This document shows positions 37,023-45,579 of a DNA stretch of 63,722 nucleotides, piece by piece. Under the pieces are notes generated by a model. It was not told the origin of the DNA and made no database searches. It saw nothing but the letters and a program-made list of their open reading frames with translations. Source of the stretch: an uncultured Chromatiales bacterium. GTDB lineage: Bacteria; Pseudomonadota; Gammaproteobacteria; Steroidobacterales; BM003. The stretch's first letter is position 1. Each line of letters opens with the position of its first letter. The position numbers were made by a program, and so were the translations under genes. The DNA lies in assembly GCA_937128475.1 (NCBI GenBank), contig CAKZML010000025.1:1-63722 (forward strand), given 5' to 3'.

Positions 37023-38537
37023 TTACCACTTCCACTTGTCAGGCGTATTGTTCTTGATGGCGTTCAAATTTGGACGCATGTACCAATCCTGCTTGGTAGA
37101 ACCATTGGATTTTATGAACTCGACGAACTCAGGGTAGGCCTCGCCCAGGTCGATGTACTCGATGGGGGTGAGCCAATCCTCCGGCATGATCATTGCGTAG
37201 GGATAGTTTGATGCGTCCCGGTAACCCGACAGCCCGTCCGCGGTATTGCGTGAAAGAGGATGAACGGCAGGATTGCCATCCAGGTGGATCTCGTACTTTG
37301 TGTTGTAGACGTAAAGGTACGGATCGTAAGGCGCGGCAGGCATTTGCGACACGTTCATCGGGCTGTTTAATGTCACGTGGAAGGTGAAGCGGTGACCGTC
37401 GATAATCGCCTGGTCGCGCTCGGTGTTGACAAAGTTTCGGCCCGGATCGACCCACAAGGTAGCGGTGTGTTCAAAAACACTCAGATTGAGAGGGCCGGTG
37501 AGGTTTATGGTTCTCGGGTAGCCGCTTGCCGGGACTGCGCTGCCTGGGGCGTAAAGGTTTAGCACACCTGATCCGGAAGTGGATCCGGGCAGGTTTATTC
37601 TCAGGAACCAGTCGTGATCAAAGCCTCCGCCGCGGGCCACCAGGTAGCCCACGCCGCCTATCCCCACGACCTTGTTTGCATTGTTCAGTTCAAGGTACAC
37701 ACGGTAGCCGACAGTGAGGTCATTAAAGTCGTAATCGCCCGGGTTTGGGAACTGGTCCTCGTAGGTCACCATGTAATACTTGTCCACCGCGGGAAGGTAG
37801 ATGGTGCTGGAGGGAAGCAATTCAATCGCGCTGGTTTGAATGACCAATGGTGCTTCGGCCTGGCCGGCCTGGATGCCATCCAGGTAGGCTGCGTCGGAGG
37901 CCGTGACTATGGCAACGTCTTCGAAACCATTTGTGTAGTCATAAAATGCTTCCGGATCTCCCAGGGCGACGTTGGTGACCATAAGGGTCACTAGCAGTCG
38001 CACAGAACTGGCGCCAGACAGGCTCTGCGGCACTTCAACTCTCAAGGTGGCGTCAAAGTCTGAGCCGTAGATATCGGAACTCGTATTGGAGGTGATTCGG
38101 CTGGAGCCGCTATCGCCAATCAGGGTGTATTTCATGCTCCGGGCCGTGCTCGTGCCCTCGGCCACCGAGGCCTGGGTGCGGGTGCTGAATTCTGTGAATT
38201 CATAGGTCACTCCGGAAATGACGGCGACCACCTTGGCGCTTTTGACCGTGATTCCCTGGGAGCTGGCTTTTTCAGTGCCGTTGGCGGCCTCATTCACATC
38301 CACCGCGAATACCAGCCCGCTGCCGTTGTTCTGGCGTAGCCACTCGACGGTGGCGGCCGTGGGATTGGGTTGTTTGCTACCGTTGGCGGCACTGAACAAG
38401 TTGATAGTGCCGGTTCCCGAAGTAACCACATCTTTGAGTTTGGTCGACATATAGGTCTGGGCCTGGGCGGGCAATGCAATAGTCATCGCAACCAGAGTCA
38501 GCCCTGTGCTGATTGCCAGGGTCTTGAAAATGTTCAT
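37023..38537 (-). CDS. Secreted LruC-domain (DUF4842-type) protein
   Basis: Signal peptide (ALPAQA/QT), the hallmark FPNPGDYDFNDLTVGYRV motif and a C-terminal PYDPYLYV...EIHL...YPYAMIMPEDW...AYPEF pattern. Confidence 0.65.
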   Translation of the reverse strand: MNIFKTLAISTGLTLVAMTIALPAQAQTYMSTKLKDVVTSGTGTINLFSAANGSKQPNPTAATVEWLRQNNGSGLVFAVDVNEAANGTEKASSQGITVKSAKVVAVISGVTYEFTEFSTRTQASVAEGTSTARSMKYTLIGDSGSSRITSNTSSDIYGSDFDATLRVEVPQSLSGASSVRLLVTLMVTNVALGDPEAFYDYTNGFEDVAIVTASDAAYLDGIQAGQAEAPLVIQTSAIELLPSSTIYLPAVDKYYMVTYEDQFPNPGDYDFNDLTVGYRVYLELNNANKVVGIGGVGYLVARGGGFDHDWFLRINLPGSTSGSGVLNLYAPGSAVPASGYPRTINLTGPLNLSVFEHTATLWVDPGRNFVNTERDQAIIDGHRFTFHVTLNSPMNVSQMPAAPYDPYLYVYNTKYEIHLDGNPAVHPLSRNTADGLSGYRDASNYPYAMIMPEDWLTPIEYIDLGEAYPEFVEFIKSNGSTKQDWYMRPNLNAIKNNTPDKWKW

Positions 38538-38998
38538 AACAGGAACTCCCCAAATACGATGTCGTCAGAGCTTGAATCAGAAAATACTTCGTAAAAGAGA
38601 CTGGTCTCGGCCAGCGGTACATGGACCGGTATAGAGAAATTGTCCGACGGCGAAACTTCACCCAGGAACAGGACTTGCTGGCCTGCGCCGGTTAACGGAT
38701 CAGGGCTGTCGGAGCCGGTGATCTTTACAAAAATCCGGGTTCCAACAAATCCGTTGTTGGTGACAATTGCAGGCACCGGAACGCTGGGCGTGGCGGGTTC
38801 AAAATTCTCGAACTTGGCGGTGCTGGGCACAGGGTTCTGACATAGCGAGTTCACGTTGGTATTTGAGCATTCATTATCGACCGGAGGTGGGATGACTACG
38901 GTATCTTCCGAGCCTCCTCCTCCGCCACAGGCGCTTAGCGCAAGCAGGGCGGCGGTAATAAAGATGACCCGTGTGGGTGTGTTGGGCAGGGTATTCAC
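38534..38998 (-). CDS. Small lipoprotein of unknown function, translationally coupled to the LruC-domain gene
   Basis: Lipobox LALSAC followed by a GGGGS linker, with a 4-nt overlap with the downstream gene. Confidence 0.6.
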   Translation of the reverse strand: MNTLPNTPTRVIFITAALLALSACGGGGGSEDTVVIPPPVDNECSNTNVNSLCQNPVPSTAKFENFEPATPSVPVPAIVTNNGFVGTRIFVKITGSDSPDPLTGAGQQVLFLGEVSPSDNFSIPVHVPLAETSLFYEVFSDSSSDDIVFGEFLL

Positions 38999-39036
38999 GG
39001 CTTTCCTCCGGTGAAATTTCCAATACTGATTGACTA

Positions 39037-39052
39037 AGCAATATCCGGGCCA
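39037..39052 (-). promoter_or_regulatory. Sigma-54 -24/-12 promoter motif
   Basis: The minus strand reads TGGCCC-GGATA-TTGCT with GG-N10-GC spacing, about 40 nt upstream of the ATG at 38998. Confidence 0.65.
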
Positions 39053-39368
39053 ATATTTTGATCTGCCGTGCTAACCCATGATTTTGGTGGGTTTTCTCCC
39101 GCATCAGAATCTGGGATGCAGCCCGGTCGTATTTTGCCGGGGATTTTGCCGGGCAATTTTCGCAATTTGCGAATCGCTATGTGAGAAGCCTGCTGTCATG
39201 CCGGGAATGAATCCGCAGTCTCCGGGGGTGTCGGGCGCGGATGAATTGTTGATTTTCCACGCCAACACAGACAATCTGAGGCGGGTATCCGGGGTTTCCG
39301 GGGTTTCCGGGAGATCGGTCGCGACCCCAGGCAGGAGCGTGGCGTTACAAGGGAGTGTAGGAATAATA

Positions 39369-40559
39369 GTGAGAGTCAAGGCAAGGGCGAAAGCAGGCAT
39401 CCTGGTCTTGTGGGCAAGCATGTCCCTGGCTGGTGAACCGGATCTTGTGGAGGAGGGTGCAGCCCTTGCTCCTGCTGTCGCTGAAACCTCCCAGGCCGAG
39501 CCAACCACCGAGCCAACCACCGAGCCAACCACCGAGCCAACCACCGAGCCAAACGCCGAGCCAAACGCCGAGCCAAACGCCGAGCCAAACGCCGAGCCAA
39601 ACGCCGAGCCAAACGCCGAGCAGCGGCCGAATCCGTGTGACGAGCTAAATGCAGAGAATGATCCCTGGCTGGACCGGGCCCAGGATCGGGTATACATGAC
39701 TGCCTGCAATTCTGCCGCTTGGTTTGATGGGTTTTTTGGGGACAAGCGCTACGACGCGGCGAGTCGTGAAACCTTCGGCAGACTTGGCGTGACTGCGCTG
39801 TGGGACGAAAGAGACGGTTGGGACCAGAAAATCAGGCTGCGGGCTCGGTATGCCCTGCCAAGATTACGAAACCGGGGCGAGTTGATCCTGGGGCGGGGTG
39901 ATGAAGATGAGTTCATAGACGGGCGTGAAGGATCCCAATTCGATTCTCTCCCCAGTACCTTTAACACCTCGAATGACGACTCTTTGCTAGTGGGCCTGGG
40001 GTACGGCAAGGGCGGGATGGAACGTGGTTTTCGTTTCAGTGTCGGCGCCAGGCTTAATTTTCCCGTGAATACTTATGTGAAGGCCAGTTACCGGCGCGCC
40101 TTTGCCATGGGTGAAAAGAACTTGTTACGCCTCCGCCCGGTCACTTACTGGAAGCGGGACGAGGGTTTTGGCGCGAGTATGAATATCGATCTTGACCACC
40201 TGATAGGTGACAACCTGATGTTGCGGTTTGGCAATTGGGGCAATGTTTCTGAATCGCTAGACGTTGAGGGCTTGGCATGGTCCTCTGCCTTGACCTTGTT
40301 CCAGGGATTTTCGGATCGGCGGGCGCTGACTTACAAGACCTTCGTCCTGGGGGAAACCGAGGCGGATGTTCAAGTTCAGAATTACGGCTTTGAATTACGC
40401 TACCGCCAGCGAGTACTGCGAAAGTGGCTGTTTATGGAGGTCGCATCCTCCGTGACCTGGCCCCGGGAATTACTGGAAGAGACTCGCAAGACTAATTGGG
40501 GTGTAAGCATTGGGTTGGAAATGTATTTCGGCCCGATTCCGGATGACGCGATTCGTTAG
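39369..40559 (+). CDS. Secreted, probably outer-membrane beta-rich protein with an (EPTT)4(EPNA)6 linker; family not recognised
   Basis: A GTG at 39369 preceded by AGGAATAATA gives MRVKARAKAGILVLWASMSLA as a signal peptide. Alternating aromatic/hydrophobic beta-like segments run to ...GLEMYFGP. The ORF-track start at 39078 looks like a spurious extension. Confidence 0.55.
   Translation: MRVKARAKAGILVLWASMSLAGEPDLVEEGAALAPAVAETSQAEPTTEPTTEPTTEPTTEPNAEPNAEPNAEPNAEPNAEPNAEQRPNPCDELNAENDPWLDRAQDRVYMTACNSAAWFDGFFGDKRYDAASRETFGRLGVTALWDERDGWDQKIRLRARYALPRLRNRGELILGRGDEDEFIDGREGSQFDSLPSTFNTSNDDSLLVGLGYGKGGMERGFRFSVGARLNFPVNTYVKASYRRAFAMGEKNLLRLRPVTYWKRDEGFGASMNIDLDHLIGDNLMLRFGNWGNVSESLDVEGLAWSSALTLFQGFSDRRALTYKTFVLGETEADVQVQNYGFELRYRQRVLRKWLFMEVASSVTWPRELLEETRKTNWGVSIGLEMYFGPIPDDAIR
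39498..39617 (+). repeat. Perfect in-frame 12-bp tandem repeat: 4 x GAGCCAACCACC followed by 6 x GAGCCAAACGCC
   Basis: Read directly from the sequence. The two unit types differ at 2 positions, and units are identical within each type. Confidence 0.95.
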
Positions 40560-40569
40560 CGTTTCATCG

Positions 40570-40870
40570 GAGAATGATGTCATCCCGTACCCCCTGAGCC
40601 TCCCCTGGCCGCTCTACCGGTCACCGCTTATCTTGCGCTTCCCCTGGAATACCGGTCACCGGAGGTTCCGGCCGAGGAACCGCTGTCCAGGGTGTTGCCA
40701 CTGGCTGGCTGTGCGCCAATTAGCACTGCCGCCGGCACCCCGGCGATTTCCCTCCCGGCCGGACTGAGCGACCAGGGCCTGTCCCTAACCGTACAGGTAT
40801 CGGCCCCAATGGGACGGGAGAACCGGCTGATGCAACTGGCCTGCCAGTTGGAAGAATCGCGTCCGTGGCC
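40570..40870 (+). pseudogene. Remnant of an amidase-family gene (C-terminal fragment, frame-disrupted)
   Basis: One frame gives ...AGTPAISLPAGLSDQGLSLTVQVSAPMGRENRLMQLACQLEE, the typical amidase-signature-family C-terminus. An upstream piece (FPWNTGH) is in another frame, and no intact N-terminal ~400 aa is present. Confidence 0.4.
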
Positions 40871-41021
40871 GTATTTGTTGCCCCGGATTAAACCCCTGTC
40901 GGGCCAGGGACAGGGCCGGACTGAGGCAGGCGAAAGGCCCCGGTCAGGGCAATTCTACCGGTACTTTGGAGCGAGTCCGGCTGATTAAGCTATAATGGTC
41001 GGCTAGCCCAGGGCCCGTTAT

Positions 41022-43265
41022 ATGACCGCTATTTCCATTCCTACTCCCTCGACCGAACTTTTCGGCTACCAGAAATACTGGGCCGAGTGCTTTGGTGAGG
41101 CGCCTTTCCTGCCGATGAGTCGAGAGGAAATGGACACCCTTGGCTGGGATTCCTGCGACATTATCATTGTTACCGGCGATGCCTATGTGGATCACCCGTC
41201 CTTCGGGATGGCCATTGTTGGTCGCCTGCTGGAGGCCCAGGGCTTCCGGGTGGGTATCATCGCCCAGCCAGACTGGCACTCGGCCGATCCCTTTAAGGTG
41301 CTGGGTAAACCGAACCTGTTTTTCGGCGTAGCCGCCGGCAACATGGATTCGATGATTAACCGCTACACCGCAGAACGAAAGCCCCGCTCTGATGATGCCT
41401 ATACGGCCGGTGGGCTGGGCGGCAGTCGGCCGGATCGTTGCTCCCTGGTTTACAGCCAGCGGTGCAAGGAAGCCTGGCCGGATGTGCCGGTGGTGTTGGG
41501 TGGCATCGAGGCGTCCCTGCGTCGAATTGCCCATTACGACTACTGGCAGGACAGCGTGCGCCGATCCATCCTGATGGATGCGACCGCTGATCTGCTGCTG
41601 TATGGCAATGCCGAGAGGGCAGTGGTTGAGGTTGCCCACCGACTGGCCCGTGGTGAGGAGATTTCCAAGATCACCGATATTCGAGGCACTGCATTTGTTC
41701 GCAAGGACACGCCCAGGGAATGGTGGGAAATTGATTCAACCCGGATAGACAGGCCGGGCAAAATTGATCGCATTGTTAATCCCTACGTGAACGTTCGCGA
41801 AATGGACGCCTGTGAAAAGCAGCGCCGTGATGACGCCCTGTACGGGGTTCCTGGAGAGGATTCAGGCGCGCAGGCACTGCAGTTCAATCCTCACCCCCGG
41901 CGAGATCGCGACCGGACCGTGATTCGTCTGCCGTCCTTTGAAAAAGTGCGTAATGATGCGGTCTTGTATGCCCATGCCAACCGGGTTCTGCACATGGAGA
42001 CCAATCCGGGGAACGCCCGGGCGCTGGTGCAGAAGCATGGTGATGTGGACCTGTGGATGAATGCGCCGCCCATTCCCCTGTCTACCGAGGAAATGGATTA
42101 CGTTTTTGGTCTTCCCTATGCCCGGGTCCCGCACCCGGCGTACGAGGGAAAGAAAATTCCTGCCTACGAGATGATTCGCTTCTCGGTGAATATCATGCGT
42201 GGCTGTTTCGGCGGCTGCACATTCTGCTCTATCACCGAGCACGAAGGGCGGATCATCCAGAACCGTTCCGAGGAGTCCATTCTCAATGAGGTCAAGCAGA
42301 TCCGGGACAAAGTCCCCGGGTTTACCGGGGTTATATCCGACCTGGGTGGCCCTACGGCCAATATGTACCGGATTGCCTGCAAGAGTAAGGAAATCGAGGC
42401 CGCCTGCCGCAAGCCCAGTTGCGTCTACCCGGGAATCTGCCCGAACCTGAATACCGATCACTCGGCCCTGACCCAGTTGTATCGCAAGACCCGGGAATTG
42501 CCGGGCGTTAAGAAAGTCCTGATTGCTTCGGGGCTTCGTTATGACCTGGCGGTGGAAGACCCCGAATACGTGAAGGAACTGGTGACCCATCATGTTGGCG
42601 GTTATTTAAAAATCGCCCCGGAACATACCGAGAACGGTCCGTTGTCCAAGATGATGAAACCGGGCATAGGCACCTACGACCGTTTCAAGAAGTTGTTCGA
42701 GAAATACTCGAAAGAGGCGGGCAAAGAGCAGTACCTGATTCCGTACTTCATCGCCGCCCATCCGGGTACCACCGACGAAGACATGATCAATCTTGGATTG
42801 TGGCTGAAGAAGAACAACTTCAGGGCTGACCAGGTCCAGGCGTTTTATCCTTCTCCCATGGCCACCGCTACCGCCATGTATCACTCGGGCAAGAATCCGT
42901 TGCGCAAGGTGGGTTACAAGAGCGATGGTGTGGAGCCGGTAAAGGATCCCGAGCAGCGTAAACTGCACAAGGCCCTGCTGCGTTATCACGATCCCAATAA
43001 CTGGGAGTTGATCCGCGAGGCCCTGCGTAAAATGGGGCGTGCCGACTTGATTGGTGATGGCGATCGCCACCTGGTCCCCGCGACCCAACCGGATGCCGGT
43101 CGTGACTATCGGGCGCCTCGCAGGAAAAATTCAGAACAGGCTCACCAGAAACGCACGGGTAAACAGAAGATTCTTACCCAGCACACGGGTCTTCCCCCGC
43201 GGGATGACGGTGGCAGAAAACCTGCCCGGTCCACCAGGGGTAAACCAGGGGGCAAGCGTAAATAA
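41022..43265 (+). CDS. ygiQ: YgiQ-family (UPF0313) radical SAM protein
   Basis: The N-terminus ([56 protein letters not shown]) and the CxxxCxxC site ([11 protein letters not shown]) are characteristic, and the tail is basic. Confidence 0.85.
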   Translation: MTAISIPTPSTELFGYQKYWAECFGEAPFLPMSREEMDTLGWDSCDIIIVTGDAYVDHPSFGMAIVGRLLEAQGFRVGIIAQPDWHSADPFKVLGKPNLFFGVAAGNMDSMINRYTAERKPRSDDAYTAGGLGGSRPDRCSLVYSQRCKEAWPDVPVVLGGIEASLRRIAHYDYWQDSVRRSILMDATADLLLYGNAERAVVEVAHRLARGEEISKITDIRGTAFVRKDTPREWWEIDSTRIDRPGKIDRIVNPYVNVREMDACEKQRRDDALYGVPGEDSGAQALQFNPHPRRDRDRTVIRLPSFEKVRNDAVLYAHANRVLHMETNPGNARALVQKHGDVDLWMNAPPIPLSTEEMDYVFGLPYARVPHPAYEGKKIPAYEMIRFSVNIMRGCFGGCTFCSITEHEGRIIQNRSEESILNEVKQIRDKVPGFTGVISDLGGPTANMYRIACKSKEIEAACRKPSCVYPGICPNLNTDHSALTQLYRKTRELPGVKKVLIASGLRYDLAVEDPEYVKELVTHHVGGYLKIAPEHTENGPLSKMMKPGIGTYDRFKKLFEKYSKEAGKEQYLIPYFIAAHPGTTDEDMINLGLWLKKNNFRADQVQAFYPSPMATATAMYHSGKNPLRKVGYKSDGVEPVKDPEQRKLHKALLRYHDPNNWELIREALRKMGRADLIGDGDRHLVPATQPDAGRDYRAPRRKNSEQAHQKRTGKQKILTQHTGLPPRDDGGRKPARSTRGKPGGKRK

Positions 43266-43288
43266 CGTTTGGATCTGGAAGAAAAGGT

Positions 43289-43325
43289 AAAAGCCGGTGA
43301 GGGAAACCTCACCGGCTTTTTATTT
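43289..43325. terminator. Bidirectional rho-independent terminator between convergent ygiQ and bkdB
   Basis: A 14-bp perfect stem, AAAAGCCGGTGAGG / GAAA loop / CCTCACCGGCTTTT, flanked by A and T runs. Confidence 0.85.
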
Positions 43326-43329
43326 GCCT

Positions 43330-44562
43330 TTAGTTTTCGTCAACAAAGATGCTGGCCGGATGCTCAAGCATGTTCTTGAGTTCCTGCACCATTGCCGCGG
43401 CATCGTAGCCGTCGACGAAGCGGTGATCGAAGGAGGTGGACAGGTTCATGATCCTGCGCACGGTGATGGCGCCATTAAGCACTACCGGCCGTTCTACCGC
43501 CTTGTTCACGCCGATGATACCCAGTTCCGGGGCATTGATAATCGGGGTGGACGCGATGCCTCCCAATTTACCCAGGCTGGTGATCGTAATCGTCGAACCG
43601 GTCAGTTCCGCCTTGCTGGCCGTGCCTTCTTTCGCGGCCTCGGAAACCCGGCGCATTTCGCTGGCGGCGCCCCATAAGGACAGGGCTTCCACGTGTTTCA
43701 CAACGGGAACCTTCAGGCCGTCCGGTGTCTGGGTCGCGACGCCCACATGCACCGCCTGGTGACGCACGATCACGCCGCGCTCCTCGTCGTAAAGCGCGTT
43801 GCACTGGGGAAAGCTCTTGAGGACCCGGGCCAGGGCCAGGGCAAGAAAGGGCAGGTACGTCAGGTTGGGTTTGTCCGCATCCTTACGTCCGTTCAGGTGT
43901 TTGCGCAGGGCTTCCAGTTCGGTGACATCCACTTCTTCAACGTAGGAGAAGTGAGGAATGTTTCGCTTGGCTTCGGCCATGCGCTTGGCGATCACCCTGC
44001 GTATGCCGATGACCTTGATTTCCTCGATGCCTGTGGCCTGTTGCCGCGAGGCCGGTGCCGGGGCGGTCGGGCGTGCGTGACCCGCTGCGAAGGCGTCGAA
44101 GTCTTCACGTGAAATACGACCCTTGGCGCCTGATCCGGGCACCACAGACAGGTCGATACCGGCCTCTCGTGCGCGACGGCGGATTGCCGGCGAGGCCAGG
44201 GCCTTTTCACCAGCATCGCGTTCCACGGCAGGGGCCGGGGCAACCGCCGCTGCCACAACCGGAGCAGGCGCTTCAGCTTGCTTGTCTTCGGCTGGAGTGG
44301 TCTCCGCCGGGACGGCGTCTGCATCGGTATCGAATACGATCAATTCGGATCCCACCGCGACCATGTCGCCGGCTTCGCCATTCAGTGCAGTAATCCGTCC
44401 GCCTACCGGGGAGGGAATTTCCACCGCGGCCTTGTCGGTCATCATGTCCACGATGATCTGGTCTTCGGCCACCACATCACCGACTTTGACATGCCACTCG
44501 CCGATTTCCGCTTCTACAGTGCCTTCACCCAGGTCCGGCAGCTTGAAAACATAGGTACTCAT
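43330..44562 (-). CDS. bkdB: Branched-chain 2-oxoacid dehydrogenase E2 (dihydrolipoamide acyltransferase)
   Basis: Lipoyl domain (FKLPDLGEGTVEAEI...MTDKA), an Ala/Pro linker and the catalytic DHRxxDG motif (FDHRFVDG). The start is set at the ATG at 44562. Confidence 0.85.
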   Translation of the reverse strand: MSTYVFKLPDLGEGTVEAEIGEWHVKVGDVVAEDQIIVDMMTDKAAVEIPSPVGGRITALNGEAGDMVAVGSELIVFDTDADAVPAETTPAEDKQAEAPAPVVAAAVAPAPAVERDAGEKALASPAIRRRAREAGIDLSVVPGSGAKGRISREDFDAFAAGHARPTAPAPASRQQATGIEEIKVIGIRRVIAKRMAEAKRNIPHFSYVEEVDVTELEALRKHLNGRKDADKPNLTYLPFLALALARVLKSFPQCNALYDEERGVIVRHQAVHVGVATQTPDGLKVPVVKHVEALSLWGAASEMRRVSEAAKEGTASKAELTGSTITITSLGKLGGIASTPIINAPELGIIGVNKAVERPVVLNGAITVRRIMNLSTSFDHRFVDGYDAAAMVQELKNMLEHPASIFVDEN

Positions 44563-44563
44563 A

Positions 44564-45577
44564 TCAAGCCTCCAGAACGGCGCGTAGAGCGTTGATGATG
44601 CGTTTCTGACCGGGGAAGTATTCCCACTCAAATGCATGAGGGTAAGGCGTATCCCAACCGGTCACGCGCTGGATTGGAGCTTCCAGGTGCCAGAAGCATT
44701 CTTCCTGGACCGTTGCTGAGAGCTCGGCACCGTAGCCGCCAAATCGGGTGGCCTCGTGCACGATCACGCAGCGTCCGGTTTTTTGCACTGAGGCGCGCAG
44801 GGTGGCGACATCCAGCGGCGCCATGCTGCGGACATCAATAATCTCTGCATCAATACCGCTCTTCTCGGCGGCAGCTTCTGCCACGTGCACCATGGTTCCG
44901 TAGGTGATGATTGTGGCGGCATTACCCGGGCGCACGATCTCTGCCTTGCCGATGGGTACTGTGTAATGCCCCTCGGGCACCTCGCCCTTGGCGTGAGTGC
45001 TCCAGGGCCTGGCCGGCTTGTCCGGGTCGCCATCAAACGGACCGTTGTAGATGCGCTTGGGTTCAAAGAACACTACCGGGTCGTCATCCTCGATGGCGCT
45101 GAGCAGCATGCCCTTGGCGTCGTAGGGGTTAGACGGCATGACCACCTTGATACCGCTGACATGGGTGAATATGCCCTCGGGACTCTGGGAGTGAGTCTGG
45201 CCTCCACGAATACCGCCGCCGCAGGGAGTGCGGATGGTAATCGGTGCGTAGAAGTCGCCTGCACTGCGATGACGCAGGCGGGCAAGTTCGGAAACAATCT
45301 GGTCGAACGCCGGGTAGATGTAGTCGGCAAACTGGATTTCTACCACCGGTCGCAGACCGTTTACGCCCATGCCGATTGCCGTGGCGACAATGCCGCCCTC
45401 GGCGATAGGGGCGTCCAGCACCCGGTGCTCACCATGCTTTCTCTGGAGTCCCTCGGTGCAGCGGAATACGCCGCCGAAGTAGCCAATGTCCTCGCCCATC
45501 AGCACGACCGTGGGGTCCTTGCTCAGGGCGATATCCATGGCGGAGTTAAGGGCCTGGATCATATTCATCTGTGCCAT
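44564..45577 (-). CDS. bkdA2: Branched-chain 2-oxoacid dehydrogenase E1 beta subunit
   Basis: Transketolase-like pyrimidine-binding and C-terminal domains, positioned between E1 alpha and E2. Confidence 0.85.
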   Translation of the reverse strand: MAQMNMIQALNSAMDIALSKDPTVVLMGEDIGYFGGVFRCTEGLQRKHGEHRVLDAPIAEGGIVATAIGMGVNGLRPVVEIQFADYIYPAFDQIVSELARLRHRSAGDFYAPITIRTPCGGGIRGGQTHSQSPEGIFTHVSGIKVVMPSNPYDAKGMLLSAIEDDDPVVFFEPKRIYNGPFDGDPDKPARPWSTHAKGEVPEGHYTVPIGKAEIVRPGNAATIITYGTMVHVAEAAAEKSGIDAEIIDVRSMAPLDVATLRASVQKTGRCVIVHEATRFGGYGAELSATVQEECFWHLEAPIQRVTGWDTPYPHAFEWEYFPGQKRIINALRAVLEA

Positions 45578-45579
45578 GA

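Noticed and set aside
39078-39368. 97-codon N-terminal extension of the repeat-containing secreted protein ORF
   Set aside because: The extension runs through the divergent regulatory region and lacks signal or domain features. The GTG at 39369 gives a clean signal peptide with an upstream AGGA.
39498-39617. Possible CRISPR or phase-variation repeat
   Set aside because: The units are contiguous with no spacers, in-frame and inside a CDS. This is a coding tandem repeat, not a CRISPR array or an on/off switch.
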